Shown piece after piece: positions 47,156-56,969 of a stretch of DNA of 64,000 bases. The translations under genes were made by a program, and so were the position numbers. Within the stretch, counting starts at the first letter, position 1; every line of letters begins with the position of its first letter. The stretch lies in IMG/VR virus record IMGVR_UViG_3300009155_000038. The stretch is one strand, 5' to 3'. The notes under the pieces were generated by a model that ran no database searches, was not told the DNA's origin, and saw nothing but the letters and a program-made list of their open reading frames with translations. The DNA comes from a virus.

Positions 47156-48505
47156 TCAACGGTTAAGGAGTTCGATGACGTGCTGCTTCATGCTGTCGCG
47201 CAGTTCGCGCGACCGCTTGGTGCGAGCTTCTTTAACTTGGAACTTGCCAGCGCGCTTGAAGCTAACGACCTCGCGGCCAATGGCATCAAGAGCAGCCGAC
47301 GCTGTCTTGGGCGCTTCTGCCATCGCGGCTTCTTCCATCGGAGCAGCTTCGGGAGCCATGCCACCCTCAGCACCGCCACCTTGGGAAAGAGCCTGAATCA
47401 GTGCCTCGGGCGGAATGCCGAGTTCTTCAAGCGCCATGGCCAGCTCTTGAACAGCCTCGTCACCACCGCCAGCTTCTGGGCCAGCAGCTTCCATCGGCAT
47501 TTCTTCGCCCATGCCGCCGCCTTCGCCGCCCATCATGGCCTCAAGACCAGCCGGAGCTGCGTCGTCAGCCGGGGCGTCGCTTGCGCCGGAACCAGCGTCA
47601 GACGGAGCCGAATGATCTTCGCCTTCAGCAGCGTCGGCTGTCGGGTCAGCAGCAGCCATCTTCGATGTTACAAAGCCGATGAACAGGTCAGCCATCTCGT
47701 CAGCTTCACGAATTGTGTTTGCACACACCTCGCGAACCGACGCCTCAGCCGCTTCCTTGCTCAGGCCAAGCGCAGCAGCAAGCTCGTAGCCGGCAGCAAA
47801 AGAAGCGGACTTACCCGAACGCAGAGCGCTCAGATCCGAGCCTTCAATCTTGCCGTCGTTATCAACGTCCAGCTTGGACTGGTTGCCCTTCAGGCCGCTG
47901 TGTTCAGCCTTTTCAGTTGCCGGCGACTCAGCGGCTTCCTCTTTTTTTCCTTCCATCTTCTCCTTCAGGAAAGCCGGCATTTCCGACTGCTTAGTCAGGT
48001 TGCTGGTACCGAAGTTGATGATGTTGGCGAGGATATCATTACCGAGAGCGCCAGCGCGATCGCGAGCTTCCTTGAACGTGACCGAGCTGTACTTCTCGCC
48101 GTCGTTGGTCTTGGCGGGATGCGATGTGCCCGGATCGTCCTTCGTGCCCTTGTAATCCTTCTCAGCGGAGGGATCTTCGCCAGTCGCGGCGGCGTTGGTA
48201 CCGATGTTCAGCTGCACGTCGTCTTGACGACCTTCTTGCGGCAGTTCCGGGGTGCTATCAACACCGATTGGGCCCTGCTGCTTCTTGAGGTCAGCTTCGT
48301 ACTCACTGGAGCGCGCGCCTTCCGTGGCAGCCTGTCCGTCGTTATCGACGTTGGCGCTGGGGTGCGAAGAAGCGCCAGCGTAACCACCCGGGTCAGACGG
48401 TGTGGGGCCAGCAGCCTTCTCGGCGGCGGTCTTAACAGGGCTCTTGCTAATCTCGTCAGCAAGGGCGTTGAGTTGCGCGAACAGTGAACGTTGCATCCGT
48501 GCCAT
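47156..48505 (-). CDS. putative capsid scaffold/internal protein (acidic, low complexity)
   Basis: Ala/Glu/Gly-rich and disordered, between protease and capsid genes; start ATG 48505 (GGAG SD). Confidence 0.65.
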   Translation of the reverse strand: MARMQRSLFAQLNALADEISKSPVKTAAEKAAGPTPSDPGGYAGASSHPSANVDNDGQAATEGARSSEYEADLKKQQGPIGVDSTPELPQEGRQDDVQLNIGTNAAATGEDPSAEKDYKGTKDDPGTSHPAKTNDGEKYSSVTFKEARDRAGALGNDILANIINFGTSNLTKQSEMPAFLKEKMEGKKEEAAESPATEKAEHSGLKGNQSKLDVDNDGKIEGSDLSALRSGKSASFAAGYELAAALGLSKEAAEASVREVCANTIREADEMADLFIGFVTSKMAAADPTADAAEGEDHSAPSDAGSGASDAPADDAAPAGLEAMMGGEGGGMGEEMPMEAAGPEAGGGDEAVQELAMALEELGIPPEALIQALSQGGGAEGGMAPEAAPMEEAAMAEAPKTASAALDAIGREVVSFKRAGKFQVKEARTKRSRELRDSMKQHVIELLNR

Positions 48506-48549
48506 GATCATCTCCTTTGGTGTCTAATCGTTAACCGATTAGCTTCCGT

Positions 48550-50010
48550 TCATGTGATATAATTTTGCAGTACACAGTGGTTTGCTGTCAACCAATTATT
48601 TCCGTGTTTCTCGCAGACTGTCGCCAAGGCGGCAATCTTATACAGGGCGTAATGCTGAGCCAGAGCTTGTTCTGCTTTACCACTCGCCTGTTTTTCACGC
48701 GGAAACTCAATCGACCGGGCATCACGAAGCACGGCTAAGTAAGCCCGTTTTTCGACGCTGACCGGTAATACGCTATGTGTATGTGCTACCTTTTCTGCCC
48801 ATACGCGTGTAGCGTGTGAAGCAGCGTTAGCAGGATAATACACGTTGTTTTCAAGCAGGCTGACGACGTCTTGATCATTAGCCAACTTAGAAAAAACATT
48901 GGGCAGCGCATAAGCCACCGCACCAATAAGTTTCTCGTCAGCTGATTTAACTGTCAAGGCTAAGAAATCCCGCACAGGCAGAATTACACCAGCCTCAGCC
49001 AACCCGCATAACACTTCGGCCATTTTAACAGCCGGGCAGCCATTTACATCAATCGGCGGTTGTACGGCCGATGACGAAGATAGCGCAACTTGTGTCCAGT
49101 TCGCAGCATTCGCGCCAGCAAGCTTCTCAGCCTGTACAAGTTGCTGCAGCGCTTCAAGCTGTAACTGCGCCCGAACAGACGCGTTTTTATCGTAATCAAA
49201 GCCAATAGGCGCTGTTACACCCAGCTGCTCAGCTAGTTCAGCGCCAGACAGAATGCAAGCGCCGGCGGCTTTTTCAAGCTTGCCCGACACATAAGCAATT
49301 CTGTCAGCGGGCCGGAATACGTGAGAAATATCAAAAAAGCTAGGGTTGGGGTTATCGGCGTGCAGCACATGCCCGTCTGACATAACCCGACCAATGTTGT
49401 GCTTCAGACCGCCTGCTTTACAGTGGCCACCGTTTTCAATTGAGTCGCAATACTCAGCGCGGGTCTTAGCCGTGTTACCGCAAGACGAACACTTATCAAA
49501 CGGGATCTTGCAGGCCATTGAGACAGCGATGTCTTTTTCGTTGGCCAGCTTTTCCATTTCCTTGTCGGCAATTAAACCGCCGTTGCGCTCTGCGGCTTCT
49601 TTCGAGCCGTTCAGTGCACAGACGAGTTCAATACGTCGCATCGGCTCGTGATAAGCGCTAGCTTTAACAATACCGAAGCTCTTGGCTGGATTCTTGTTGG
49701 CGTGGTCCCGATAGAAACGAGCAAACTTTTCGAACGTCGGGTGATACTTCTGGCAGCACTCGCGGGTGAATCCGTCGCCGTTACGGTTCGGGCCGTAATC
49801 TTCCGTGGCGCCGATAGCGATCATGTGTACCGGAATTTCGTCTTTAGCGAACTTGATGTTGTCCAGCTTGTGAACAAACTCAGCGCCGGCGCGCTTGATA
49901 AGATCAGCCTTATCGCTGCCAATAATACCGCGGCTAGATATCTTAATCAGGCTGGCCACGGGCTCGCTGAAGTCTTGCGAATGCGGCTGGATAACTTTGA
50001 TCATGCTCAT
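48550..50010 (-). CDS. prohead (capsid maturation) protease with a C-terminal extension
   Basis: PNRNGDGF, FYRDHANK (His) and AVSMACKIPFDKCSSCGN (Ser plus Cys cluster) match phage prohead protease motifs. Confidence 0.75.
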   Translation of the reverse strand: MSMIKVIQPHSQDFSEPVASLIKISSRGIIGSDKADLIKRAGAEFVHKLDNIKFAKDEIPVHMIAIGATEDYGPNRNGDGFTRECCQKYHPTFEKFARFYRDHANKNPAKSFGIVKASAYHEPMRRIELVCALNGSKEAAERNGGLIADKEMEKLANEKDIAVSMACKIPFDKCSSCGNTAKTRAEYCDSIENGGHCKAGGLKHNIGRVMSDGHVLHADNPNPSFFDISHVFRPADRIAYVSGKLEKAAGACILSGAELAEQLGVTAPIGFDYDKNASVRAQLQLEALQQLVQAEKLAGANAANWTQVALSSSSAVQPPIDVNGCPAVKMAEVLCGLAEAGVILPVRDFLALTVKSADEKLIGAVAYALPNVFSKLANDQDVVSLLENNVYYPANAASHATRVWAEKVAHTHSVLPVSVEKRAYLAVLRDARSIEFPREKQASGKAEQALAQHYALYKIAALATVCEKHGNNWLTANHCVLQNYIT

Positions 50011-50013
50011 GGT

Positions 50014-50721
50014 TTACTCGCTTGCGGCGCTGCCGCGTAAAGAACTAAGAAGCGTCGGCAGGGCAAGCGCGCCAGCGCCGATCATCGCGTATCGGCCCCT
50101 GACCGGCGGCAACTTTTTAAGCGTAGCGCGGAAGGCCGCAGCCGGTGCTTTTTTTCCCGCCCCGCGGCGCGACAACGCCGCAATAATGTCGGCGTCAGCC
50201 TTGCCCGCACTGCGCATCTTTTCGACAGCGGGCGCTAGGTGTTTTGCCAGATCAGGATTCGCATCGACTGCGCGGTCTAATTTACCCCACTGATCGAGCA
50301 TGCCGTGCGCTTTATGTCCGCCGTAACCGCCAACTCCAGCACTACCTAATCCAACAGCTGTATTCAAAACGCTGTTATCGTGGCCCGCTTGCGCTACGGC
50401 TGGCGGGGGAGTTGTCGGCGAAGAGAACTCACGCGCGGCTGTTACTCCAAGACCGCCAAGGCCGCCCATCAACGCGTAATTCAGCGCAGAGCGTCGTTTG
50501 TTCTTAGGCTGCAGCATGCCGACTAACCCGCCGGCGCCTGCGCCAAGCAACGCATTTTGTAGGTACGGGCTCGACGCAATCTGCGCGAGATCAATGTTAG
50601 CCTGCTTCTTCGTCTGCAGTGTTGCAACGACGGTTGCAACCTTTTCAGTCTCAGCGGACGCTTTACGCAACGCCAAGCCGGCTAAACCGCGCGCTAACTG
50701 CTGTTGTTCTGTGTTGTTCAT
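50014..50721 (-). CDS. glycine-zipper protein, putative internal/ejection protein
   Basis: Several GxxxG-type hydrophobic segments (LLGAGAGGLVG, LMGGLGGLG, VGLGSAGVGG, MIGAGALAL). Confidence 0.55.
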   Translation of the reverse strand: MNNTEQQQLARGLAGLALRKASAETEKVATVVATLQTKKQANIDLAQIASSPYLQNALLGAGAGGLVGMLQPKNKRRSALNYALMGGLGGLGVTAAREFSSPTTPPPAVAQAGHDNSVLNTAVGLGSAGVGGYGGHKAHGMLDQWGKLDRAVDANPDLAKHLAPAVEKMRSAGKADADIIAALSRRGAGKKAPAAAFRATLKKLPPVRGRYAMIGAGALALPTLLSSLRGSAASE

Positions 50722-50730
50722 GATTATGGC

Positions 50731-52110
50731 TCAGATAAGTGTGCGGGCAGCTTGCTGTGCTTGATTAGTCGCCTTTTCAGTTTCAGCTTTCGCCTTTTCC
50801 AGCTCAACGAGTTGCTGTACGTCAAAGTCGGCCATCCCGCCAGACTCAAGACGCTTGCGCAGTAAAGCCTGCATGGCGGCGCTTGAGCCAGTAAAGTTTG
50901 GCGCCATCTCGGCGATTTGGTTATACGCGCTCGCTACTTCATTCGGGTCATAGCCGGAGATAACTGGGTCGTTAAGAATTAAATCGTTCAGCACGCCGCG
51001 GGACTTAATTTGCTGCAGCCGGTTTTCATGATCTGGGCTAGCAAGGCGCGCGAACGCTTTTTGTTTCTGCTGCATGGGATCTGTGGCGGCGTCGGCACGC
51101 GCGGCTTGATCGGCAATAGCGCCGCTACCCATAAGCTTGCCAAGGTTTGCCATAGTGCCACCGAACGATGTTAACGGCGCGGGAGCACTATCTTTTTTTT
51201 TGCCGTCGTCAGACGCTGCCTTGAGCGTCAGCGGTTCTTCAAGCGGGTTATACAGAATCGAGCCTGTAGTAAAAGTTGGCGCTGCTTTCTTATTGATTAC
51301 AGACGCCTGCTTTACCGTATCAAGATTGCTTTTAGCCGTGTTGTAAGCGTCAACGGCGTCAAGCACGTTTGTTACAAGCGAATAAGGACCGGTAAGGCCC
51401 AGATGTGTTTCACCGGTGGCGGCCTGCTTTTCAAGGTGCGGATAAACAGCGGCGAGCTTGTTCAGCACGGCCACGCCTTCGGCACCCAGACGCAGGTCAA
51501 CTTCTCGCAGCGCGTCGCCAAATGACATATGGCCGGGCTTGCGGAAATAGTCGTGCAGCATATCCATTGCGTCCGCAGCCTTCTGATAAGCCATGGTCGA
51601 AATGCGGCGCGTCTCTTCAGCAGCGCGTTTTTCAGCCGCTTTCTGGCTGTAAGCACGCTCAGCAGCAAACTTCTCGTCGCGCGGGGGCGGGACGAACGTC
51701 TTGGCCGGAAGCTGATATTGCGCGGCGGCTGCTTTTTCAAGCGACGCGTTACGGCGAGCTAAGAACCCGGCCGGCGAAACAGCGTACTCGGTCGACACGA
51801 TTGATTCTGATAACAATTCGCTCGATGTCTTGACCTGTTTGGGATACAGCGCCTCAAGAACAGAGTCAGCGTCGGCAAGCTGGAAGTCAGCGGACTTCTC
51901 AGTGGCGTCATCGCCCTGCTCGCGCTGCTTGGTGGTGCGGCCCGTGTTATAGGCGTGCACCATAAGATTAATGTGGCCCGCCGGTACATTCGCTTCCGAC
52001 GCGCTCTTTACGATTGCGTCGTTTGGCGAAGAGCCGGCATTTACGAGAGTAGCCGCGCGCTCAATGGCGCTGATAAGTTTCTGTTCGGCTTCTTTGCTGA
52101 GTGAACGCAT
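50731..52110 (-). CDS. putative internal head protein, K-x-A motif-rich
   Basis: 459 aa, helical, about 13 K-x-A sites. Confidence 0.65.
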   Translation of the reverse strand: MRSLSKEAEQKLISAIERAATLVNAGSSPNDAIVKSASEANVPAGHINLMVHAYNTGRTTKQREQGDDATEKSADFQLADADSVLEALYPKQVKTSSELLSESIVSTEYAVSPAGFLARRNASLEKAAAAQYQLPAKTFVPPPRDEKFAAERAYSQKAAEKRAAEETRRISTMAYQKAADAMDMLHDYFRKPGHMSFGDALREVDLRLGAEGVAVLNKLAAVYPHLEKQAATGETHLGLTGPYSLVTNVLDAVDAYNTAKSNLDTVKQASVINKKAAPTFTTGSILYNPLEEPLTLKAASDDGKKKDSAPAPLTSFGGTMANLGKLMGSGAIADQAARADAATDPMQQKQKAFARLASPDHENRLQQIKSRGVLNDLILNDPVISGYDPNEVASAYNQIAEMAPNFTGSSAAMQALLRKRLESGGMADFDVQQLVELEKAKAETEKATNQAQQAARTLI

Positions 52111-52112
52111 CG

Positions 52113-53048
52113 CTACTCTCCGGGGAAGTGCAGATTCTCAATATTTTGCTGATTTCGCAGAGAACCACCAGTCGCCAAAACCATTAACTCGTCGTTTCTT
52201 AATTCGGCTGCGCCATTATCAAAAGGTAACATTTTTACTGTGTCGGAATCCAGTTTTGTCCCAACTTTGAACGGAAGCGACGACAGCATAGCCCCGATGT
52301 TTTCGACAATAGTAGAGTGGGCTTTGGTCGCGTTTTCAGTTGTACGTTCGATTTCTACGTATTTTACAAAACTGTCGATAAGCGCTAACTGCGTATGGGT
52401 ATTGATCTGCACCGTCAAAGTTGCGATAGCCGCCTTGTATTTCATCGAACTAATAGCAAAATCTTGGAAAAAGCCTGATACATCTTCTGGCGTTTCAGGG
52501 CGAGTAATTTCACTGGATTTGCTAAGTACCGCGTTCAAAACATGTGTGCCGCCCTTATAGCCAAGCATTTTCCAGAGTAAGTCGTATTGGCGCTCTTGCA
52601 GCCCACGCGTGACGGCATCAGCCATTATGACATTAGTAATATAGTCAGTGTTGTATAATTTTTCGCGCACATCAAAAAATACTTGCGCGTATGCCGCGAT
52701 AACAGCCGGCGTTGTACCGACCCGGTCAGCGATTTCCTCATCTGATTCGCCTGCAAGGATCCGAGCTTCAATACCCCAGCGAGTCGGGGCTTTATCCTCG
52801 GCCCATAGAGAATGGGCCCAAAACATGTCGCTATCGCGCGCTAATAACGAATAAATGGCGTCCGGTCTATTGCTAGCCTGCTCAAATCTGCGCTTTAACC
52901 TAACGGCGCGGCGGATCCACTCAAAGCCGCCGGGACCGTCAAACGTCCGCGCTGGTTTGCGGCCGCCTGCGTCTATCTGTATAGCGCGCAACCAACGCCA
53001 ATTAGGCGCTCGCCGTGGACTAGCGTGAAGGTAATTTGGGATTTCCAT
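52113..53048 (-). CDS. hypothetical protein
   Basis: 311-aa ORF coupled to its neighbours. Confidence 0.8.
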   Translation of the reverse strand: MEIPNYLHASPRRAPNWRWLRAIQIDAGGRKPARTFDGPGGFEWIRRAVRLKRRFEQASNRPDAIYSLLARDSDMFWAHSLWAEDKAPTRWGIEARILAGESDEEIADRVGTTPAVIAAYAQVFFDVREKLYNTDYITNVIMADAVTRGLQERQYDLLWKMLGYKGGTHVLNAVLSKSSEITRPETPEDVSGFFQDFAISSMKYKAAIATLTVQINTHTQLALIDSFVKYVEIERTTENATKAHSTIVENIGAMLSSLPFKVGTKLDSDTVKMLPFDNGAAELRNDELMVLATGGSLRNQQNIENLHFPGE

Positions 53049-53063
53049 AAGCTGCTGCTGGCA

Positions 53064-53720
53064 CTAGACGTTTTGATCAACAAACCCAAAACAAATTGTG
53101 CAGTAATACTCAGGAACGGTGTAGTGGAACTGCACACTACTCATTGTTCCGTCAATGCGAATGATGTTAAAACCTTCTGCCCCAGTAAATTGCGCGTATT
53201 GCGTGGGGCTTACTTGATTTAGATATGTTGTTTGCGACCACGACTCGCTGGTTAACGCCCAAATAGGCGTAAACGGTTTTGGCGCGCCGTTTTCATCAAA
53301 CACAAGCACTGGCACAGTAGTACTGGGATTACCAACGCTGGCAAACGCAACCAAGGCGTCTGTGACGGGCGAACTAAACACCGCAGTAAATACCCCAGCC
53401 TGCGTGTTTCCAATTTGTTTGCCGCCGGGTGGTATGCCGTATTCTGGCGGAAAAATCTGCGGTTGGTACATGCCGCTGTGCTCAAACATTCCACCGCCGC
53501 TCTGGCTAATCGCGACTGTGATATTGTTTTGCCCAATTCCAGATGCTGTGGATCCCGTAACAGAATTCATTGTCATCCACTGAAACCCGGAGCTGCCAAA
53601 AACAGCCGGGCCGAATACCAGATCATTGCCTACAAACACGCGCTCAACAGCATCATCGCCTATTTTGATAGACGTAATGTTAGCGCTGTTTATGTATATA
53701 TCGCTATCTGTTGGGGGCAT
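53064..53720 (-). CDS. putative head/tail appendage protein (fibre-associated N-terminal module plus beta-sandwich)
   Basis: N-terminal IYINSANITSIKIGDDAVERVFVGNDLVFGP resembles a common phage fibre-associated module; beta-rich C-terminus. Confidence 0.5.
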   Translation of the reverse strand: MPPTDSDIYINSANITSIKIGDDAVERVFVGNDLVFGPAVFGSSGFQWMTMNSVTGSTASGIGQNNITVAISQSGGGMFEHSGMYQPQIFPPEYGIPPGGKQIGNTQAGVFTAVFSSPVTDALVAFASVGNPSTTVPVLVFDENGAPKPFTPIWALTSESWSQTTYLNQVSPTQYAQFTGAEGFNIIRIDGTMSSVQFHYTVPEYYCTICFGFVDQNV

Positions 53721-53725
53721 AACAA

Positions 53726-54049
53726 CTACTCGGCGATAATGTAGTACACCGTTGCGGGATCTCTAGGCGACAACGCGTCATAACCAGCTTGGGTGATTTT
53801 GACGATGTTTGTAAGAACTGTCGCGCCTGTAATGCCGGTAGCGTCACTCTCAACGTAGTTGTTCGCGCCATTATCGCCACTGATCTGTACAGCTGTTGTG
53901 TCGTCAAGGCCGGCGTACAGTTTGTTTGCTGCCTCGTCGTACAGCATCTCGCCCGGTTGCACGTTGATCGGCGTCGGGTCTAACGCGCTAACAACCTCTC
54001 GGCGTCGGTTCGGAAAATGCAGTGCGCGGAATACACGTGTGTCAGGCAT
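53726..54049 (-). CDS. small fibre-module protein
   Basis: GEMLYDEAANKLYAG and ITQAGYDALSPRDPATVYYI are short motifs typical of phage fibre shafts; start ATG 54049. Confidence 0.55.
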   Translation of the reverse strand: MPDTRVFRALHFPNRRREVVSALDPTPINVQPGEMLYDEAANKLYAGLDDTTAVQISGDNGANNYVESDATGITGATVLTNIVKITQAGYDALSPRDPATVYYIIAE

Positions 54050-54050
54050 G

Positions 54051-54068
54051 ATATCGCTCCGTAGATAT
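54051..54068 (-). promoter_or_regulatory. GGA-loop hairpin AUAUC-UACGGAGC-GAUAU over the RBS of 53726..54049 (possible CsrA site)
   Basis: 5-bp stem; 8-nt loop containing ACGGAG. Confidence 0.4.
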
Positions 54069-54488
54069 TTAGCGCAGCATCGGGGTTTCAACGGTGACGG
54101 TCAGCACGAAATTCTTTGAACCGCTACCGTTCGGCGTGATTCGCAAATACAGAAACCGCTGCGGGTTCGATGGCGAGCCGTCGCGATTAAGATACGCAAC
54201 GTTTACGTTGCTGTTCTCGGCAATCGCTACGACGTCTTGATCGGACACAACGTCAGCAAAGTCCGCCAGACTGAGAACGTGAAAAGCTTCCGCTGGCAGA
54301 GCGCTATTCGGCGTTGTTGCCTGATTGCTGGAATAAAGGTCGGCCTCAAACTTATTGTCGGCACCAGTTAGCTGAACGAGTGCGTATCCGCGCAGAATTG
54401 CCCGGTGCGGCATCTTTACCGGCACAACTGTTTCAGAGCCGCTTGCCGCTGTAAATGTGGTAGTGCCCGACCAAATCGTGCTAGCCAT
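54069..54488 (-). CDS. hypothetical beta-rich protein
   Basis: 139-aa ORF. Confidence 0.7.
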   Translation of the reverse strand: MASTIWSGTTTFTAASGSETVVPVKMPHRAILRGYALVQLTGADNKFEADLYSSNQATTPNSALPAEAFHVLSLADFADVVSDQDVVAIAENSNVNVAYLNRDGSPSNPQRFLYLRITPNGSGSKNFVLTVTVETPMLR

Positions 54489-54498
54489 TTTTCACCTA

Positions 54499-56886
54499 TT
54501 AGGAGTTTGCAACAGCGCCAAGATCAACGTCCGCACCAGACTCTTCAGGATACGGCTCAATAGTCTTCTGCTTGAGGAACAGAATCACGTCGCCGAGCAT
54601 CTCAAAGGCGTTGCGCAGCGAATCTTCCAGCTCCGGCATATCAGCCTTGCCGTACCGCTCAGCGAACCGGTCGCCGTGCCAGTAGAACATGAACAGAATG
54701 CGGCCCAACTTATCGAGTCCCTTGGTCAGGTCGCCCATGTAGCGGTCAACGAGCCCGTCGTCACGCACAGCGCGCAGCATGCTGCCGATCATCGCCGTGT
54801 CGAACACTTCCTTCTGGCCCGACTGCGCAGCGTCGATAACAGACCGAACGTCTTTGTTATCAAACATCGGGTTCGGGTTATAGATCTGGCGATCTGTCTG
54901 GCTGGCGCTCATGCCAGTTACCGGCACGCCAACGTCGATACCCAGCTGCGTCGGAACGCTGGAACCCATGATTGTCTCGCCGCCCATAACCGGACCCGGA
55001 TCACTCGGGGCGTTAGGAGCGCTATTAATCATCATCGGGCCGCCGTACGGGTCGGCATACTTGATACGCCCTTCGTACTTGCGCTTGGCCGATGCAGTCT
55101 TGAGGATCTCGCGGGCCTCGGCTTCGCGTAGACCGTGATGCTCAACGAGCGTGACCAGCGCCTTAATCGGGCTGACGGCAGCTTCTTTGTTAATGCTGAC
55201 TTCCGTGCCGCTGTGATACACAGTCAGGCTGGCTGTCTTCTGCATGATGGCCATCTGTGCGTCGGCGATATTGCCGGGCATCAGCGGCGGATCTTCGCTA
55301 CCGCCGCAGCCGCAGTTTGGCTTATCTTCCGACAGCTCGCTGGCCGGCACGTCGTCTTCGCCAAGCTTGCACTTGAGAAGCTTGTAACCCTCTGGCACAA
55401 AGATGTCGCCCATGCTCGCGCGGAGCTTGGAGCCCTTGCTGGTGCCAAGATGGACGCGCACGCCGTCACGATACTTGCTGTAGTTCAGCGGATCGTTGTA
55501 GCAGCAGTCGCCGATATGGCCCTTGGGCGGGTGCTTCGAGTGGTCTTCAAGATCGACTTCGTAAGATTTCACGCCGAATTCGCTCTCGCCGTACTCACGA
55601 ATCATGCGAACCGGCACCGTAGCGTCGCCGTTCTTGTTGATCAGCATGTACCGGGAACTGTTGCTCGGTAGGCTGCTTGCTTCCGGCAGACCGTCAAACC
55701 ACTTGGTGAACTCTTCGTCTTCGATCTTGAACAGCGCAAACACTTGGTCAGCGCGGGTGTTGACCCAATCAGGGCTGCCTTCGGTGCGCACCACGGTGAC
55801 AAAGTCAGCGCGCTTGGCAGCAGCTTGCGGAAACACGGCCACGTAGCAGCGCTCAATGTTGCCGCCCTTGACCAGAATCTCGTACAGGCCGCTTTCGCTG
55901 GGCGTAAACAGCTTTTGCTCAAATTGAATGTTGTACGGCACCGAGACGTTATCATCGCCGCGCTCATCCTTGATCAGCACGCCGTCACGAAGCAACTTCT
56001 CTTGGTCTTCTTCGCTGTAACCGGCCGGGAGCTTTGTCTGCACCGTAGTGTCATACGAAATAACTTTCAGGCCAGACTGCGCTTTCGGCTTCTCGGGCGC
56101 CTCGGACAGCACACTGGCAATCTTGGTCTGATTCTCGCGCGTCTTGGCGATGGCAATAGCTTCTTTAATGATATCTAAGCCGTGGAACTCCTCGATGGCG
56201 CTGGCAATCTGCGGGGCGTGCTGGCATGTCTTAACCAGCATTTCCAGCGTTGTCAGGCGGGCTTCCTTGAGGAATGTTGCCAAATTCAGCGTCTTGCCCA
56301 TATCAGCAAAAGCCGACACGGTGTTCATCGTGGCGGCCTTAGCAAACGCCGGCATGGCCTCGTCGACCATTTCCTTGAGCGTGGGCTTGGCCGACCCGAA
56401 CTTAGCCGGACTGCGCGACAGCTGTGTAAAGTCAGGCTGGCGCTGGCCGAACTGAGACAGATTCTTGTCAATGCCGCTGCCCATGATGTTGGGCTTTCGG
56501 TTAACGAGATAGTTAATCCAGTTTTCCTTGAGCGGCACAAAGATATCTTGGTTCTTGATGTACAGCAGCTCGTGGCCCTTCAAGTCGCCGTTCAGGAAGA
56601 ACACCGGCGCGTACAGCCACAGCGAACCGACCTTGAACGCGAACACGGCTACTGCCTTGGTGTTTTCGCGATTCCGGTCGAGAAGCTGGAAACCGATTTC
56701 GTGATCCAGCAGCTTCGGAGCCGAGTCGCGCAGATAGGCGTGAGCCAGATTGCTAAACGACTGCTCAAACGAGGTGTCGTCGCCCTTACCGCCAAGGTCA
56801 GCCTGCTTTGTCTGGCTCCGATCATGTGACCGGACGACAGTCAGCCAATGCTTATACGACGATTCTTTGGTCTTTTTGTTGTACAC
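54499..56886 (-). CDS. large putative virion (internal head) protein
   Basis: About 795 aa, high-GC3 codons, K-x-A motifs; GTG start 5 nt after GGAGG. Confidence 0.65.
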   Translation of the reverse strand: MYNKKTKESSYKHWLTVVRSHDRSQTKQADLGGKGDDTSFEQSFSNLAHAYLRDSAPKLLDHEIGFQLLDRNRENTKAVAVFAFKVGSLWLYAPVFFLNGDLKGHELLYIKNQDIFVPLKENWINYLVNRKPNIMGSGIDKNLSQFGQRQPDFTQLSRSPAKFGSAKPTLKEMVDEAMPAFAKAATMNTVSAFADMGKTLNLATFLKEARLTTLEMLVKTCQHAPQIASAIEEFHGLDIIKEAIAIAKTRENQTKIASVLSEAPEKPKAQSGLKVISYDTTVQTKLPAGYSEEDQEKLLRDGVLIKDERGDDNVSVPYNIQFEQKLFTPSESGLYEILVKGGNIERCYVAVFPQAAAKRADFVTVVRTEGSPDWVNTRADQVFALFKIEDEEFTKWFDGLPEASSLPSNSSRYMLINKNGDATVPVRMIREYGESEFGVKSYEVDLEDHSKHPPKGHIGDCCYNDPLNYSKYRDGVRVHLGTSKGSKLRASMGDIFVPEGYKLLKCKLGEDDVPASELSEDKPNCGCGGSEDPPLMPGNIADAQMAIMQKTASLTVYHSGTEVSINKEAAVSPIKALVTLVEHHGLREAEAREILKTASAKRKYEGRIKYADPYGGPMMINSAPNAPSDPGPVMGGETIMGSSVPTQLGIDVGVPVTGMSASQTDRQIYNPNPMFDNKDVRSVIDAAQSGQKEVFDTAMIGSMLRAVRDDGLVDRYMGDLTKGLDKLGRILFMFYWHGDRFAERYGKADMPELEDSLRNAFEMLGDVILFLKQKTIEPYPEESGADVDLGAVANS

Positions 56887-56887
56887 G

Positions 56888-56903
56888 GCCACCTCCATGC
56901 GGC
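56888..56903 (-). promoter_or_regulatory. CsrA-type hairpin GCCGC-AUGGAG-GUGGC over the RBS of 54499..56886
   Basis: CAUGGAGG core; 5-bp stem including one G-U pair. Confidence 0.7.
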
Positions 56904-56969
56904 GCAGCTGCGAAATATCACTCTGTATAATTTACAGGGTTTCGGCCTCTATATCCTACCCGAATGTAG

